DNA from: a virus
Length of the DNA stretch: 64,000 nt
Strand: one strand, 5' to 3'
IMG/VR virus record: IMGVR_UViG_3300027659_000009
Span: 1-64,000 of that record
Shown: positions 31,496-42,000 of the stretch, in pieces
Position numbering within the stretch: position 1 is the first letter of the stretch
Layout: the number at the start of each line of letters is the position of its first letter
Notes under the pieces: generated by a model
Databases searched by the model: none
The model's input: only the letters and a program-made list of their open reading frames with translations
Told to the model about the DNA's origin: nothing
Made by a program: the position numbers and the translations under genes

Positions 31496-32329
31496 ATGGG
31501 AAATAGATTTTTAACTAAAAAAACAAAAGTAACTATCAAAGAAGATAAAGAACCTGTTGGTTTGAGAACTGCATTAGGTGCACGTACTAAAAGTGGTGAA
31601 TTCAATAAAGAGGCGACTACTGACTTTGAAAAAAGAATGTCTAAGTATTATGAATTTGATAATGATGAGGATTTCGACACACCAAAATATAATAGAAGTG
31701 ACTATGAAGAGGCATATGAAATAGAAGATTTAGGTGCGGGTAAAATGTACGGATTAAAATATGATAATGAAGATACAGAAGTTTTTAAATCTTTTTCTGA
31801 AAGAATGGATAATTTAAATGATACTTCAGAGTATGATGAAAATTTTGGTACAATTGATGGTTTTGGTGAAGGGAAGAAAAAAGATACTACCTATAAGAAA
31901 TTAAAAGATAATAGTGAAAAATATATAAAACATAAATACGATAAACCTGACGAGTATCATTTAACTCCTAAAGTTAGAGTAACAAACGAATCAAAAAATG
32001 GTAAAATGAAAAGACTAAATTATAAAAACGAATTCACTTCAGAAAAAGAAGTACTTAATTTGGTACCTGAAGGTTATAAATTTGATGGTAACGTATTTTT
32101 AATGACAGATGGTAATCAGACTTATAAAGTAAGATGGGATGAGTCAATTAATGAAGGTACCGTATTGGGTTATAGAAACAAATCTATGATAAATGAGGAT
32201 ATGGTTAAAATGAAAAAATTATTCAATTACAAACATTCAGATTCTATGAGTAAAACTAATGATTATGGTACAGAATCAAAAACATTTTCTAAATTATTTG
32301 AATCTGCAAAAGGTAAAAGATTAATATAA
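31496..32329 (+). CDS. Putative head-associated protein
   Basis: Several IKE/TNE/INE motifs; TATTTAT upstream. Confidence 0.55.
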   Translation: MGNRFLTKKTKVTIKEDKEPVGLRTALGARTKSGEFNKEATTDFEKRMSKYYEFDNDEDFDTPKYNRSDYEEAYEIEDLGAGKMYGLKYDNEDTEVFKSFSERMDNLNDTSEYDENFGTIDGFGEGKKKDTTYKKLKDNSEKYIKHKYDKPDEYHLTPKVRVTNESKNGKMKRLNYKNEFTSEKEVLNLVPEGYKFDGNVFLMTDGNQTYKVRWDESINEGTVLGYRNKSMINEDMVKMKKLFNYKHSDSMSKTNDYGTESKTFSKLFESAKGKRLI

Positions 32330-32356
32330 ACTAATTTGGTTGATAATAATTAATTT

Positions 32357-32384
32357 AAAAGGTACTTTATAGGTACCTTTTTTA
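32357..32384 (+). terminator. Intrinsic terminator
   Basis: AAAAGGTAC-N7-GTACCTTTT + T-run. Confidence 0.7.
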
Positions 32385-32403
32385 TTTTACATAATATTTA
32401 TTA

Positions 32404-33741
32404 GTGATGAAAATAATTATAACAGAACAACAATTAAGTAATATAGTCAATAAAAAAGAATGGGGCCGGAATGATGATGGGCCCAAAAAATTTAAAAAAA
32501 TTAAAAAAAAAATTTATTGTCTTTGTGATGATGGTACATATAGTATTGAATGTTGTGAGACATATAAACAAGTACCATCAACAGAAAAACATGTGTCCGA
32601 TTCTTTAAATGTTATTAAATATGCGTTAGACCAAGGATTAGATTTAAAACGTAGTGCTAGTGATAGTAAATATAGAACATCATGGTTTGATTTAATAGGT
32701 GGAACTCAAAATCAAAGAAATGATATTTTAAATATTATACCTTCAGAATATAGAAATTATATACCAGAAATAGTATCAGGTGTAGACAAAAATTTTAAAT
32801 TTGATGTTAGATTAATTGATATATTATCGGAAATTGAGAAAATAAGTGGGTTAGAATTAATTATTACAGGGGGTAGAGATTATTTCCATAAACCAAGAAA
32901 TCCAAGTTCAAAACATAATACTGGAAAAGCAGTCGATTTTGTACCAATAGATGGTATGAACGCTAAAAATGATAAGAAAATAGAGGAGGCAGTATTACAG
33001 ATAATTTTAAGTGGTAGATATGGTATGGAAATTGGTTTAATAAATGAAAGGGTATACCCTTCTGGTCACGCAAGCGGACCTCATTTTCATATAAGTTTAG
33101 ACACTAATGTAGAGTATAGTAATTTTGGGTTTATTGATATGAATGGTATTTCTTCTGATACTAAAGTAAGTAGTGGTTTAAACTTAAAATGGGGAAATGG
33201 TGGTCCGTACCCCACAAAAATATTGGATAGAATTCATAGTATACAAGTTCAAAAAACAAAAAATATTGAAAAAGAAAAAGAAAAAATATCATTAGAGAAG
33301 ATAAATGCCGAAAAAGAAAATAATATGAAGTTAGAAAAAATAAGATTAGATAATTTATTTTCCACATTAAAATCGGATAATTCATATACATCTTATTGTG
33401 AAAACTTAATTAAAATAAAAAATGAAAACCCTAATGACGTAAGTAAAATACCTACAGAATTGTTAATTAAAAAAGGTGATATAAATGAAACTTTAACTTT
33501 TTGTGAGATGTTACTAGAACCCTTAGTAAAATTGGATATTATGCCGGCACAAAATGTATTAAGACCAAGTGTTATTGGGGTAGAAAAAATAGAAAAAGAC
33601 ATAGAAGAGTATAATAATTTATTAAATTTAAGTACCGTACAATTGATTAGGAAAAAAATAGAATATAAAAACGATCCGACAAAATCAAATTTAATTTTTA
33701 AGATAAATCAAATTTTAAAAGAAAGAATAAAATTAAAATAA
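32404..33741 (+). CDS. Protein with peptidase M15-like (LAS Zn peptidase) domain and head-protein leader
   Basis: SKHNTGKAVDF and GPHFHIS; N-term MKIIITEQQL. Confidence 0.6.
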   Translation: MMKIIITEQQLSNIVNKKEWGRNDDGPKKFKKIKKKIYCLCDDGTYSIECCETYKQVPSTEKHVSDSLNVIKYALDQGLDLKRSASDSKYRTSWFDLIGGTQNQRNDILNIIPSEYRNYIPEIVSGVDKNFKFDVRLIDILSEIEKISGLELIITGGRDYFHKPRNPSSKHNTGKAVDFVPIDGMNAKNDKKIEEAVLQIILSGRYGMEIGLINERVYPSGHASGPHFHISLDTNVEYSNFGFIDMNGISSDTKVSSGLNLKWGNGGPYPTKILDRIHSIQVQKTKNIEKEKEKISLEKINAEKENNMKLEKIRLDNLFSTLKSDNSYTSYCENLIKIKNENPNDVSKIPTELLIKKGDINETLTFCEMLLEPLVKLDIMPAQNVLRPSVIGVEKIEKDIEEYNNLLNLSTVQLIRKKIEYKNDPTKSNLIFKINQILKERIKLK

Positions 33742-33811
33742 TTATAAATAATATACTGATTGAATCTACGTTTGTTCCTAAAGAACAGTAAATGATTAAA
33801 AATCACACTAT

Positions 33812-33838
33812 AAAAGGGTACCAAAAGGTACCTTTTTT
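33812..33838 (+). terminator. Intrinsic terminator
   Basis: AAAAGGGTACC-AAAA-GGTACCTTTTTT. Confidence 0.75.
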
Positions 33839-33860
33839 GTTTTATAACATATTTATTAAT

Positions 33861-34631
33861 ATGAAAATATCCTTTAATTCTTTATTAACTGAGACAGTAA
33901 TCGATAACTTAAATATAACTAAAATGGATAAGGCGATACTTAAGTCATTTCATTTACTAAGGAGTGAAAAAATTTATTCACCTAATGGTAAAGAATTTAA
34001 TTTAACTGTTGCAGATAAAATAGAGAAGGTAGAAGAAATGTTAAACACTGGTGACTACCAAAGACTATACACAGTATCTAAATTTTATGAAAAATACGGT
34101 AATTTTCTATTTAACGATATTCCAGATTTAATCGAGGATATAGATATAAATTTTTTAGAGGATCGTGAAGTGATAGAAGGTATTTTATATACATTCTTTT
34201 ATAAAAATTATAAAAATAAAGAAATCTATAGTTATAGGGGTAATTCTTGGGTTTCGGATACATTGATGCCACCTTATGAAGCATCGTTAGAGGAAACATT
34301 TGGTTTAACTATTTTTAATAATAGTGAGGTATATCCCCCTTGTTCATTATTTTTTGACACACTACCAAACAAAAATACTAATAAAATTGGGGTAGATTTT
34401 ATTATTCAGGATGATGAATTTGCGGTGTTTAATGGTGAAAAATATACATACAGTGGTGGTTATGATGAAATAATACATTCTGAATGGATTGACTTTAATT
34501 ACCCCAAAGATTTAAAGAATGAAACACTTAGAACATATTTCGATAAATTAATTAATAAAGTAGTTAACAAAATTATCAAACCAAACGACTATAAGTTTGA
34601 TGAATTTCTTAATTATATGAATCAACAATAA
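33861..34631 (+). CDS. Hypothetical protein with LLTE leader
   Basis: Start moved to MKISFNSLLTE after terminator and TATTTAT motif. Confidence 0.6.
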   Translation: MKISFNSLLTETVIDNLNITKMDKAILKSFHLLRSEKIYSPNGKEFNLTVADKIEKVEEMLNTGDYQRLYTVSKFYEKYGNFLFNDIPDLIEDIDINFLEDREVIEGILYTFFYKNYKNKEIYSYRGNSWVSDTLMPPYEASLEETFGLTIFNNSEVYPPCSLFFDTLPNKNTNKIGVDFIIQDDEFAVFNGEKYTYSGGYDEIIHSEWIDFNYPKDLKNETLRTYFDKLINKVVNKIIKPNDYKFDEFLNYMNQQ

Positions 34632-34642
34632 AAAAAAATAAA

Positions 34643-35248
34643 ATGTATACAAAAGAACAAATTGAAAAAGCAGTTAAATCAAAAGAATATGTATGGTTTG
34701 ACGGATCAAATGGAAAAGGATATGATGTAAATATAGTTGGTGTAAGAAATAACGCACCTAACATATACAAAAAAGTGACTAATGTATTTGATGATTATAT
34801 AACAATAACATTTAAAGACGAAAATGGTGTTCTACAATACTATTGTTGGTCCGCAACTACTGATCCAGGTAAAAAAGGTGTACAACAATTCCATAATAAA
34901 AATGGTGTTGCAAGATTAGTGCCGGGACAATATAGAGGAACATACGCATTATCATTACATCAAGGAAAATATGAGGCGGTTTGTCAAAGATTACAAGAAG
35001 TTACTGTGTGGAGAGATGGTAATAAAGATTTAACATTTGATGAAGTTAAACAAGATACAGGAATGTTTGGTATTAACATACATAAATCTGGTGTTGATTC
35101 TACTTGGGTGGAAAATTGGTCAGAAGGTTGTCAGGTTTTTAAAAAGGTAAAAGATTTTGATGTGTTTATAAAGATATGTAAGAAAGCCTCTAAAATTTGG
35201 GGTAATAAATTTACATACACATTAATAGAATCTAATGATATAAAATAA
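34643..35248 (+). CDS. Putative L,D-transpeptidase(YkuD)-like cell-wall enzyme
   Basis: GINIH...WSEGCQV (H-x12-S-x-GC pattern), TTDPG, PGQY. Confidence 0.55.
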   Translation: MYTKEQIEKAVKSKEYVWFDGSNGKGYDVNIVGVRNNAPNIYKKVTNVFDDYITITFKDENGVLQYYCWSATTDPGKKGVQQFHNKNGVARLVPGQYRGTYALSLHQGKYEAVCQRLQEVTVWRDGNKDLTFDEVKQDTGMFGINIHKSGVDSTWVENWSEGCQVFKKVKDFDVFIKICKKASKIWGNKFTYTLIESNDIK

Positions 35249-35268
35249 AATAAAATAAAATAATAAAA

Positions 35269-36153
35269 ATGGAAATATTAAAGTTAGGATCAAAAGGTAA
35301 ATTGGTAGAAGATTTACAGAAGTACTTAAAAATAAAAGTCGATGGCGACTTTGGTAGTAAAACTGAAACTGCAGTAAAGAATTGGCAAAAAACAAATAAA
35401 TTAATTGCGGATGGGGTTGTTGGACAAAAAACATGGAATGCTATGGGGTTCCAAACAACAACGGATTTATCTGAAACATACCAATCATCAGTAAATGTCA
35501 CCATCAACCAAAAGTTTATGGATAAGGATGAATATTTAGTTGGACCAACTAAAAAAGAATATTTGTTTTTACATCATACCGCTGGTGGTAATGATCCGTA
35601 TGGAGTTGTTAAAATGTGGAATAATGATACTAGAGGTAGAATCGGAACTGAATTTGTTTTAGGTGGACAATCAGTATTTACAGGAAACGATATATACGAT
35701 GGGACGATAGTTCAATCATTTCCTGAAGGATCATATGGGTGGCATTTGGGTGATAATGGTTCAGAATATATGCACTCTCATTCAGTAGGTATTGAGGTAT
35801 GTAATTTCGGACCGATTAAAGATGGTAAAACATACACAGGACAAAAGGCAAATTTAGAACAAATTGTAGAGTTGAATGAATCTTTTAGGGGACATAAAAC
35901 TTGGCATCGTTATTCTGATAAACAACTTTTAGTTTTAAAAGATTTAATATTACACATTGCAAATCGTGATGATATAGATATAAGAAAAGGTTTGATAAGT
36001 GAAATTAAAAAAAGTGGTGTTAAAGGATTTGATTTTAATTCAGACGCGTATTACGGTAAGGTTAAAGGTATGTGGACGCATACTAACACTAGAAAGGATA
36101 AATCCGATATGTTCCCACAACAAGGATTAATTGATATGTTATTATCTTTATAA
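35269..36153 (+). CDS. N-acetylmuramoyl-L-alanine amidase with N-terminal PG-binding domain (endolysin)
   Basis: DGDFGSKTETAVKNWQ..DGVVGQKTW; LHHTAG, SVGIE, THT..RKDKSD. Confidence 0.9.
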   Translation: MEILKLGSKGKLVEDLQKYLKIKVDGDFGSKTETAVKNWQKTNKLIADGVVGQKTWNAMGFQTTTDLSETYQSSVNVTINQKFMDKDEYLVGPTKKEYLFLHHTAGGNDPYGVVKMWNNDTRGRIGTEFVLGGQSVFTGNDIYDGTIVQSFPEGSYGWHLGDNGSEYMHSHSVGIEVCNFGPIKDGKTYTGQKANLEQIVELNESFRGHKTWHRYSDKQLLVLKDLILHIANRDDIDIRKGLISEIKKSGVKGFDFNSDAYYGKVKGMWTHTNTRKDKSDMFPQQGLIDMLLSL

Positions 36154-36182
36154 AATAGTATATAAAGTTTATAATTACGTTT

Positions 36183-36644
36183 ATGGAAAATTCAGAATTC
36201 GTGAACTATATCACAAATCCTTTGACTATTGATCAAATGAATTTATTATATAAGGCAAATGATGTAAAATTTGATAGATGTAATTTATACTATGATTTTA
36301 TTAAATCACTTAACAAAGTCATTGTAGACACTTATTTAGGATCAGAGTATATTACAACAGATAGAGAGGTTAATGAACATTATTTATGGTGTTTTAATAA
36401 TATAGTAGATAACTTCAAAGAAGAAAGTATTGTATTTGATGATGTAGTAAGACTAAAAGAATATTTCTTTTATTTTTATGATGAACTATTTTATAAAAAT
36501 AGTGATAAAGTTTTAAATAAATTAGATAATTTGGCAGAGTTATCATTTGATTTCCATAAGATAAAATCTAGATCAGACATAGATATTATGATAGAATTAT
36601 ATAAATTATTCGAAAAAAGTCTTTATTTTAAAACAAAAAAGTGA
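36183..36644 (+). CDS. Hypothetical protein
   Basis: 153-aa ORF in operon. Confidence 0.6.
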   Translation: MENSEFVNYITNPLTIDQMNLLYKANDVKFDRCNLYYDFIKSLNKVIVDTYLGSEYITTDREVNEHYLWCFNNIVDNFKEESIVFDDVVRLKEYFFYFYDELFYKNSDKVLNKLDNLAELSFDFHKIKSRSDIDIMIELYKLFEKSLYFKTKK

Positions 36645-36688
36645 CTTTACTATTGATTTTATAGTTTTTTTGTCTTATAGTTGTTTAT

Positions 36689-36925
36689 ATGAATAGTAGA
36701 TTAAAATTTTTACAGATAGTTTTATCGGACTTAATTTCTAAAAGAGATACATTAGAGTTAGATTTAAACAGAGTATTAAATGATGAAAAAACTCAAACTG
36801 ATAATAAAAAAACAGAGTTTGATTTTATATTATCAACTATAACCGTAACCAACAACAAAATACAAATGTTGAGTGAATATATGTCCGTATTTAACAATGT
36901 GGATATTAATAATAACAATGAATAA
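36689..36925 (+). CDS. Small coiled-coil hypothetical protein
   Basis: ORF preceded by TTGATT-N17-TATAGT at 36653-36681. Confidence 0.55.
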   Translation: MNSRLKFLQIVLSDLISKRDTLELDLNRVLNDEKTQTDNKKTEFDFILSTITVTNNKIQMLSEYMSVFNNVDINNNNE

Positions 36926-36937
36926 AAATAAATTAAA

Positions 36938-37111
36938 ATGGAATTGTACGAACAATTAAAAAATTTAGTAGCAGGATTAGAAGAAGATTTTTCTAAATTC
37001 TATGAAAAAAACAATAAGGCTGCTGGAACTAGAGTTAGAAAAGGTTGTCAAGATGTTAAAAACCTTTGTCAGGAAATTAGAGTTAGTGTCTCTGATAAAA
37101 AAAATGTCTAA
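36938..37111 (+). CDS. Histone H1-like (Hc1-type) nucleoid protein, 57 aa, missed by ORF track
   Basis: Manual translation MELYEQLKNLVAGLEEDFSKFYEKNNKAAGTRVRKGCQDVKNLCQEIRVSVSDKKNV; NKAAGTRxRK signature. Confidence 0.85.
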   Translation: MELYEQLKNLVAGLEEDFSKFYEKNNKAAGTRVRKGCQDVKNLCQEIRVSVSDKKNV

Positions 37112-37123
37112 TACAAAAAAGTT

Positions 37124-37315
37124 ATGATTGATATAGTAAAAGATGTATATTTATTTCTGTTCTTTTTATCACTATCAGTGATTGTGAGAAATACATTTTT
37201 CTTAATAAGAAGTGTAAGGATGAATGAACGTTTTAAAATTAATAATGTATCTTTGATAACATTAGGAATTTCTATATCATTCTTTATAACATCAATAATA
37301 TCGTTTTTAAGGTAA
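37124..37315 (+). CDS. Small two-TM membrane protein
   Basis: Two hydrophobic segments. Confidence 0.55.
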   Translation: MIDIVKDVYLFLFFLSLSVIVRNTFFLIRSVRMNERFKINNVSLITLGISISFFITSIISFLR

Positions 37316-37319
37316 AAAA

Positions 37320-37790
37320 ATGTTTCAAGAAAAATTAAGTGAATTAAGACCTTATGTAACTGGAATTAGATTTGTAAAAGACTTACCAGTTGTAGATGTT
37401 TTATTATTAGAAAATTGGGATATGTTCGAAACAGAATCTATAACATATAAACCTAGTAATAATAACAATAATTATTATATGGTTTTCCCCAAAAATTCTG
37501 AAGACTCTATTGATAATGTTTTAGAACACGTTGAATATGTAATAGATTTTAATATTGAAAAAGAAAATAAACTTTCTTTATTGAAGGCTAAAATTGAAGA
37601 ACTTAAGTTCTTATTTAGTGATAAACCGTTAAAGGAATTAGAAAGATTAAAGTTTGTTATCGAATCAATTGATGAACCAACTCTAAAGGACATTAAAACT
37701 GATGTTAATAAGAAAGTTCATAATGGAATCGAATTACCACCAACGAATAGTAATGGTAAATTAGTTGAAGATGAAAAAGAGGGAGTTTAA
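37320..37790 (+). CDS. Hypothetical protein
   Basis: 156-aa ORF. Confidence 0.6.
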   Translation: MFQEKLSELRPYVTGIRFVKDLPVVDVLLLENWDMFETESITYKPSNNNNNYYMVFPKNSEDSIDNVLEHVEYVIDFNIEKENKLSLLKAKIEELKFLFSDKPLKELERLKFVIESIDEPTLKDIKTDVNKKVHNGIELPPTNSNGKLVEDEKEGV

Positions 37791-37803
37791 TCCCTCTTTT
37801 TTT
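37775..37803. terminator. Bidirectional intrinsic terminator between convergent genes
   Basis: AAAAAGAGGGA-N6-TCCCTCTTTTT. Confidence 0.8.
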
Positions 37804-38125
37804 ATACTTCTATTTTTTCTTGAATTGTGTGTAGTAACCAAGTGGTACCTGATAAAAGACACGCATCTAAAAACAATGATAACGGAATAAACCCAACACC
37901 TAAGTAACTATACGTTGGTGATAGAAGTGTGTAACCAGTAATTTGTGCGGTAGTAGATATGAATAAACCAACCCACCACGGAGTACACATCATACAGTTA
38001 ACCAATTGTCCGAAAAAATTAGGACTGTAAACTTCGGCAGTTTTTCTTAAACCGTCAAATATAGAACCAAAAACAATAATGTTTGAAATTCCATAAGTTA
38101 GTAAAATAATTAATAATAATTCCAT
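37802..38125 (-). CDS. DUF1360-like membrane protein
   Basis: IFDGLR, LVNCMMCTPWWVG; start moved to MELLL. Confidence 0.65.
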   Translation of the reverse strand: MELLLIILLTYGISNIIVFGSIFDGLRKTAEVYSPNFFGQLVNCMMCTPWWVGLFISTTAQITGYTLLSPTYSYLGVGFIPLSLFLDACLLSGTTWLLHTIQEKIEV

Positions 38126-38153
38126 AATACTTTTTTTTTTAATTTTTTTTTTA

Positions 38154-38171
38154 ATATTTATTAATAAATAT
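38154..38171. promoter_or_regulatory. Palindromic back-to-back TATTTAT (putative late promoter) between divergent genes
   Basis: Perfect 18-bp palindrome ATATTTATTAATAAATAT. Confidence 0.5.
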
Positions 38172-38178
38172 AGGTACA

Positions 38179-39090
38179 ATGAAAGTTATTGTGAATAGAA
38201 AACAATATAATAAAGTGATTAGTGAGACTAGAGGTTACTCTAAAGTTGTTGAAAATTGGGCGGATTATGTCACTGATGAAATATTGGGTAAGATATTAAA
38301 ACAGGATGTTAAAGAAGATGTTTATACAATGACTAATTTATCTAATAAATTAAAAGGTAAAAGTTTTTATGAAGAGTTTCCTGTTGATAGTCTGATATTA
38401 ACGGTTATCATAAATGAAGTGGATGGAGATGACTCATCAATCGATATGGAGTACTCACCTTATTTTACACAAATAATTGAAAATGACGATAACACATATA
38501 ATATATTAGATGCGGAATTCGATGTTGTAATGACATTACCTAAAAATAGAGAAGATATAGATATTAACACTCTATATTATTATTTTTCTTCATTTTTATC
38601 ACATGAATTTATGCATTTATATGAGTGGGTTAATAGGTACTTAGAGACACCTAAAGAAATAAAAGGGTGTGAGGGTATATATACTAATGGTGATATTAAT
38701 GGTGATGCGGTAGATAGAATAGGGTATATGATATACGTCAGCCAATGGTATGAGTTAAACTCTTTTATACAACAAGCGGGTACTATGATAACTAAAAGAA
38801 ACCCACAGGATCATAACGAATTTATGGTATATTTAAAAGAATTACCATTTTATAATTTTGCAGAAATGATGATTAACTATAAAGCGGATATTTATATAAA
38901 AGAGATTGAGTCACTAACAAAAGACAGAACTAATGAATTATCTAAAATCATACTTTGTTTTTATAGTGAAGAAAATAAATTACCTAAAATGAAATCTATA
39001 GATAAGTTTTTAAGTGATGTGGAAAAAAGATTTAGAGTAAGGGGTGAATATTTTAAAAAGAAATTACTAAGATTAGTGACTATAATATGA
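38179..39090 (+). CDS. Zincin-like (HExxH) protein with head-protein leader
   Basis: LSHEFMHLYE, downstream E (YELNS); N-term ..YNKVISE. Confidence 0.6.
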   Translation: MKVIVNRKQYNKVISETRGYSKVVENWADYVTDEILGKILKQDVKEDVYTMTNLSNKLKGKSFYEEFPVDSLILTVIINEVDGDDSSIDMEYSPYFTQIIENDDNTYNILDAEFDVVMTLPKNREDIDINTLYYYFSSFLSHEFMHLYEWVNRYLETPKEIKGCEGIYTNGDINGDAVDRIGYMIYVSQWYELNSFIQQAGTMITKRNPQDHNEFMVYLKELPFYNFAEMMINYKADIYIKEIESLTKDRTNELSKIILCFYSEENKLPKMKSIDKFLSDVEKRFRVRGEYFKKKLLRLVTII

Positions 39091-42000
39091 AAAGAATAAT
39101 TTTAACAGAAAGTCAATATAAACGTTTAATCAAAAAAAACTTAAACGAACAAAAGATAGTATTCAGTAATCCAAAAGATGAATTTGATATTACAAATCAA
39201 ATGATGCAATTATTAATTCATTTGGAATTTTTTATAGATACTATTGCTAATAAATTTTTATATATTGATAAAGTAGAAAATGGTATAATATATATTGATT
39301 CTGCAAAATACACTAAAGAAGAAAAAGATTTAATAAATACAGAAATTGATAAATGGATTGTTTTCACAGACTCAACTAGAGATAAAAGAAGTGAAGATTT
39401 AACATATAACTTTGGTGTTGATAGTGATTGGGATGATCTTTACCCTGATGATGTTGTAGTTGTGGACAATGACAATAATAGTACAACTGATGACATTGAT
39501 TTAGATAATAGTGATGTAACTGATGATATTGACTTTGAAGATGATGGTACTACAGAAATAGATTATGATCCAACTAAAAAATATTCAAGAACAGAATATA
39601 TTGCTTTAGTTAAAGATAATGCTATTAAACAGATGAAAAAATATAAAATACCTGCGTCTATAACTATTGCTCAGGGAATAATTGAATCTGGTGATGGTAA
39701 TTCAGGTTTGGCTAGAAAGGGTAAAAATCATTTTGGTATAAAATGTCACAGTTGGACGGGTGAAAAAATATATTTAGATACTGGAGAAGTAAATAAAGAC
39801 GGGTCTAAACGTATAGACAAAAATGCTTGTTTTAGAAAATATGATAATATTTCACAATCATTTGATGATCACTCCAAATTCTTAGTAGATAATTCTAGAT
39901 ACGGTAGTTTATTTGGGTTAGGTACTACAGACTACAAAGGTTGGGCTGAGGGGTTACAAAAAGCGGGATATGCGACTAGTCCCACATACGCTAATCTTTT
40001 AATTAGTATTATTGAGAAACATAATTTAAATAAATTTGATAGTAATACTACTTCCCCTGTGGTTGGGTGTACTTTTACATCTGCAGAACTTAAATACGTC
40101 AGCGAAAACATAGTAACTAATGATGATAATCTAAATTTTAGATATTGGGTTAATCAAGACCCCAATCGATTAGAAAGGGTAAATAAAAAATTGTCGGACT
40201 GCGGATTAGTGAATCCAATATTAGATAAAAAAGGATCTATTAATGATTATTTAAGACATTCATTTGTTTTAATAGGTAAAGATTGGATTAATGCAAATAA
40301 ACCAAAAAGACCTGATGAGGAAGTAAAAGTTGAAAAGGATGAGGATAATAAAAGAGATTATAATAAAAACGGTAGATTAGATTTAAGTGAATTAACTAAA
40401 ATAATGAATGACACTAACGGGCGAACGGAATACCTATCTAAAGCAGCTGCAATCCAATTTAATAAAATGGTGGTAGATGCGAAGAAAGAAGGTGTAAATA
40501 TTACTATCTCTGACGCATATAGACTTTGTGGTTCCCCAAATGGTAAGGAAAACGTATTTACCCAATGGAAGGCATGGAAAATATATTTAGGAGGAGGTAA
40601 TGTTGCTGCAAAACCAAATCCAAGCAAAGCAGAAAAGTGGAATGAACTACCTGTTTACCCCAATGCCGGATGTGGTTATTGTACATCTAATCATGGATGG
40701 GGTAATGCAATAGATGTTGCGGACGGAAAGAAATGGATTAGGGAAAATGGTGAAAAATATGGTTGGTATTGGGGTGAGGCTCAATCAGAGTCATGGCACT
40801 TTACTTTTTGTGGGGAGGGTGTAGTTAACACACCAAAATACTGTAAAGGTAAAAAAAAGGTAGAAACTGAACTCCCTAAAAAAGTTGTAAAAACCGATTG
40901 TGAATTAACTACTGCAGAACTTAAATACGTCAGCGAAAACATACAAAACGATGATGATAATCTAAATTTTAGATATTGGGTTAATCAAGACCCCAATCGA
41001 TTAGAAAAGGTAAATAAAAAATTGTCGGACTGTGGTTTATCTGACCCTAATTTAAGTAAAAAAGGATCTATTAATGATTATTTAAAACATTCATTTGTTT
41101 TAATAGGTAAAGATTGGGTAAGAGCAAATAAACCAAAAAGACCTGATGAGGAGGAAGAGGTAGTTGTTGATGATGTGATATATGATAGTAGTGAACTATT
41201 AACTTGGAGTAAAAACGCTAAAAAAGACAGAGATGCCGGAATTATCAACCCAACATTAATTAGTGATATTATTAAAGCGTTGAAGGCTATTAATATGAGA
41301 GCACAGATAAGTTGGGCTAGAACTGGACATAATAAATATACGTCAGATGGGGATATTAGTAGACACTGGAGTGGTAATGCGGTAGATATATCTGTTATAG
41401 AAGGTATAGGTAACCCCAATGGAAATGGTAGCAATAAAGGTATTGGTAACGCCAATTTTATGAAAAATGGTGATAGATTGGTAACAGAATTAAAAAAATT
41501 AGGATACTCTTTTGGGGAATCAAATATTAAAGCATTTCTATGGAGAACAGATACAGGTGGTAATCACTGGAATCACGTACACGTATCCAACAAAAACAGA
41601 GTTAAAAAAAAAGTAGAAACTAAACTCCCTAAAAAAACTGAGGAACCTAAAAAATCTGAAGACGCACCAACAATTGTAGGTAATAGTGGATATATTTTGG
41701 GTAAACAAATAACTGTATCTAAAAATGGTCCAGCGGCTCATGCTACTAGGAAGTTAGGTAATTGGCAATCAGATAATGCGACTGACATATTCGGTAAACC
41801 TGGAACTACGGTGTATTCTATTACTAAGGGAACCGTATCTAAGATAGGTGGTAACGATAAGGATCATACTGGTAAAATATATGGTGGTAGTATTACAGTT
41901 AAAGGTAAAGATGGATACTGTGATATATTTTACACCCACTTACAAAAGATAAAGGTAGTAAAGGGGCAAGAAGTCACATTAGGTACACCATTGGCAGAAA

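Noticed and set aside
40081-41152. DGR template/variable repeat pair
   Set aside because: Both copies are in-frame internal modules, differences are not restricted to adenines, and there is no reverse transcriptase in the window.
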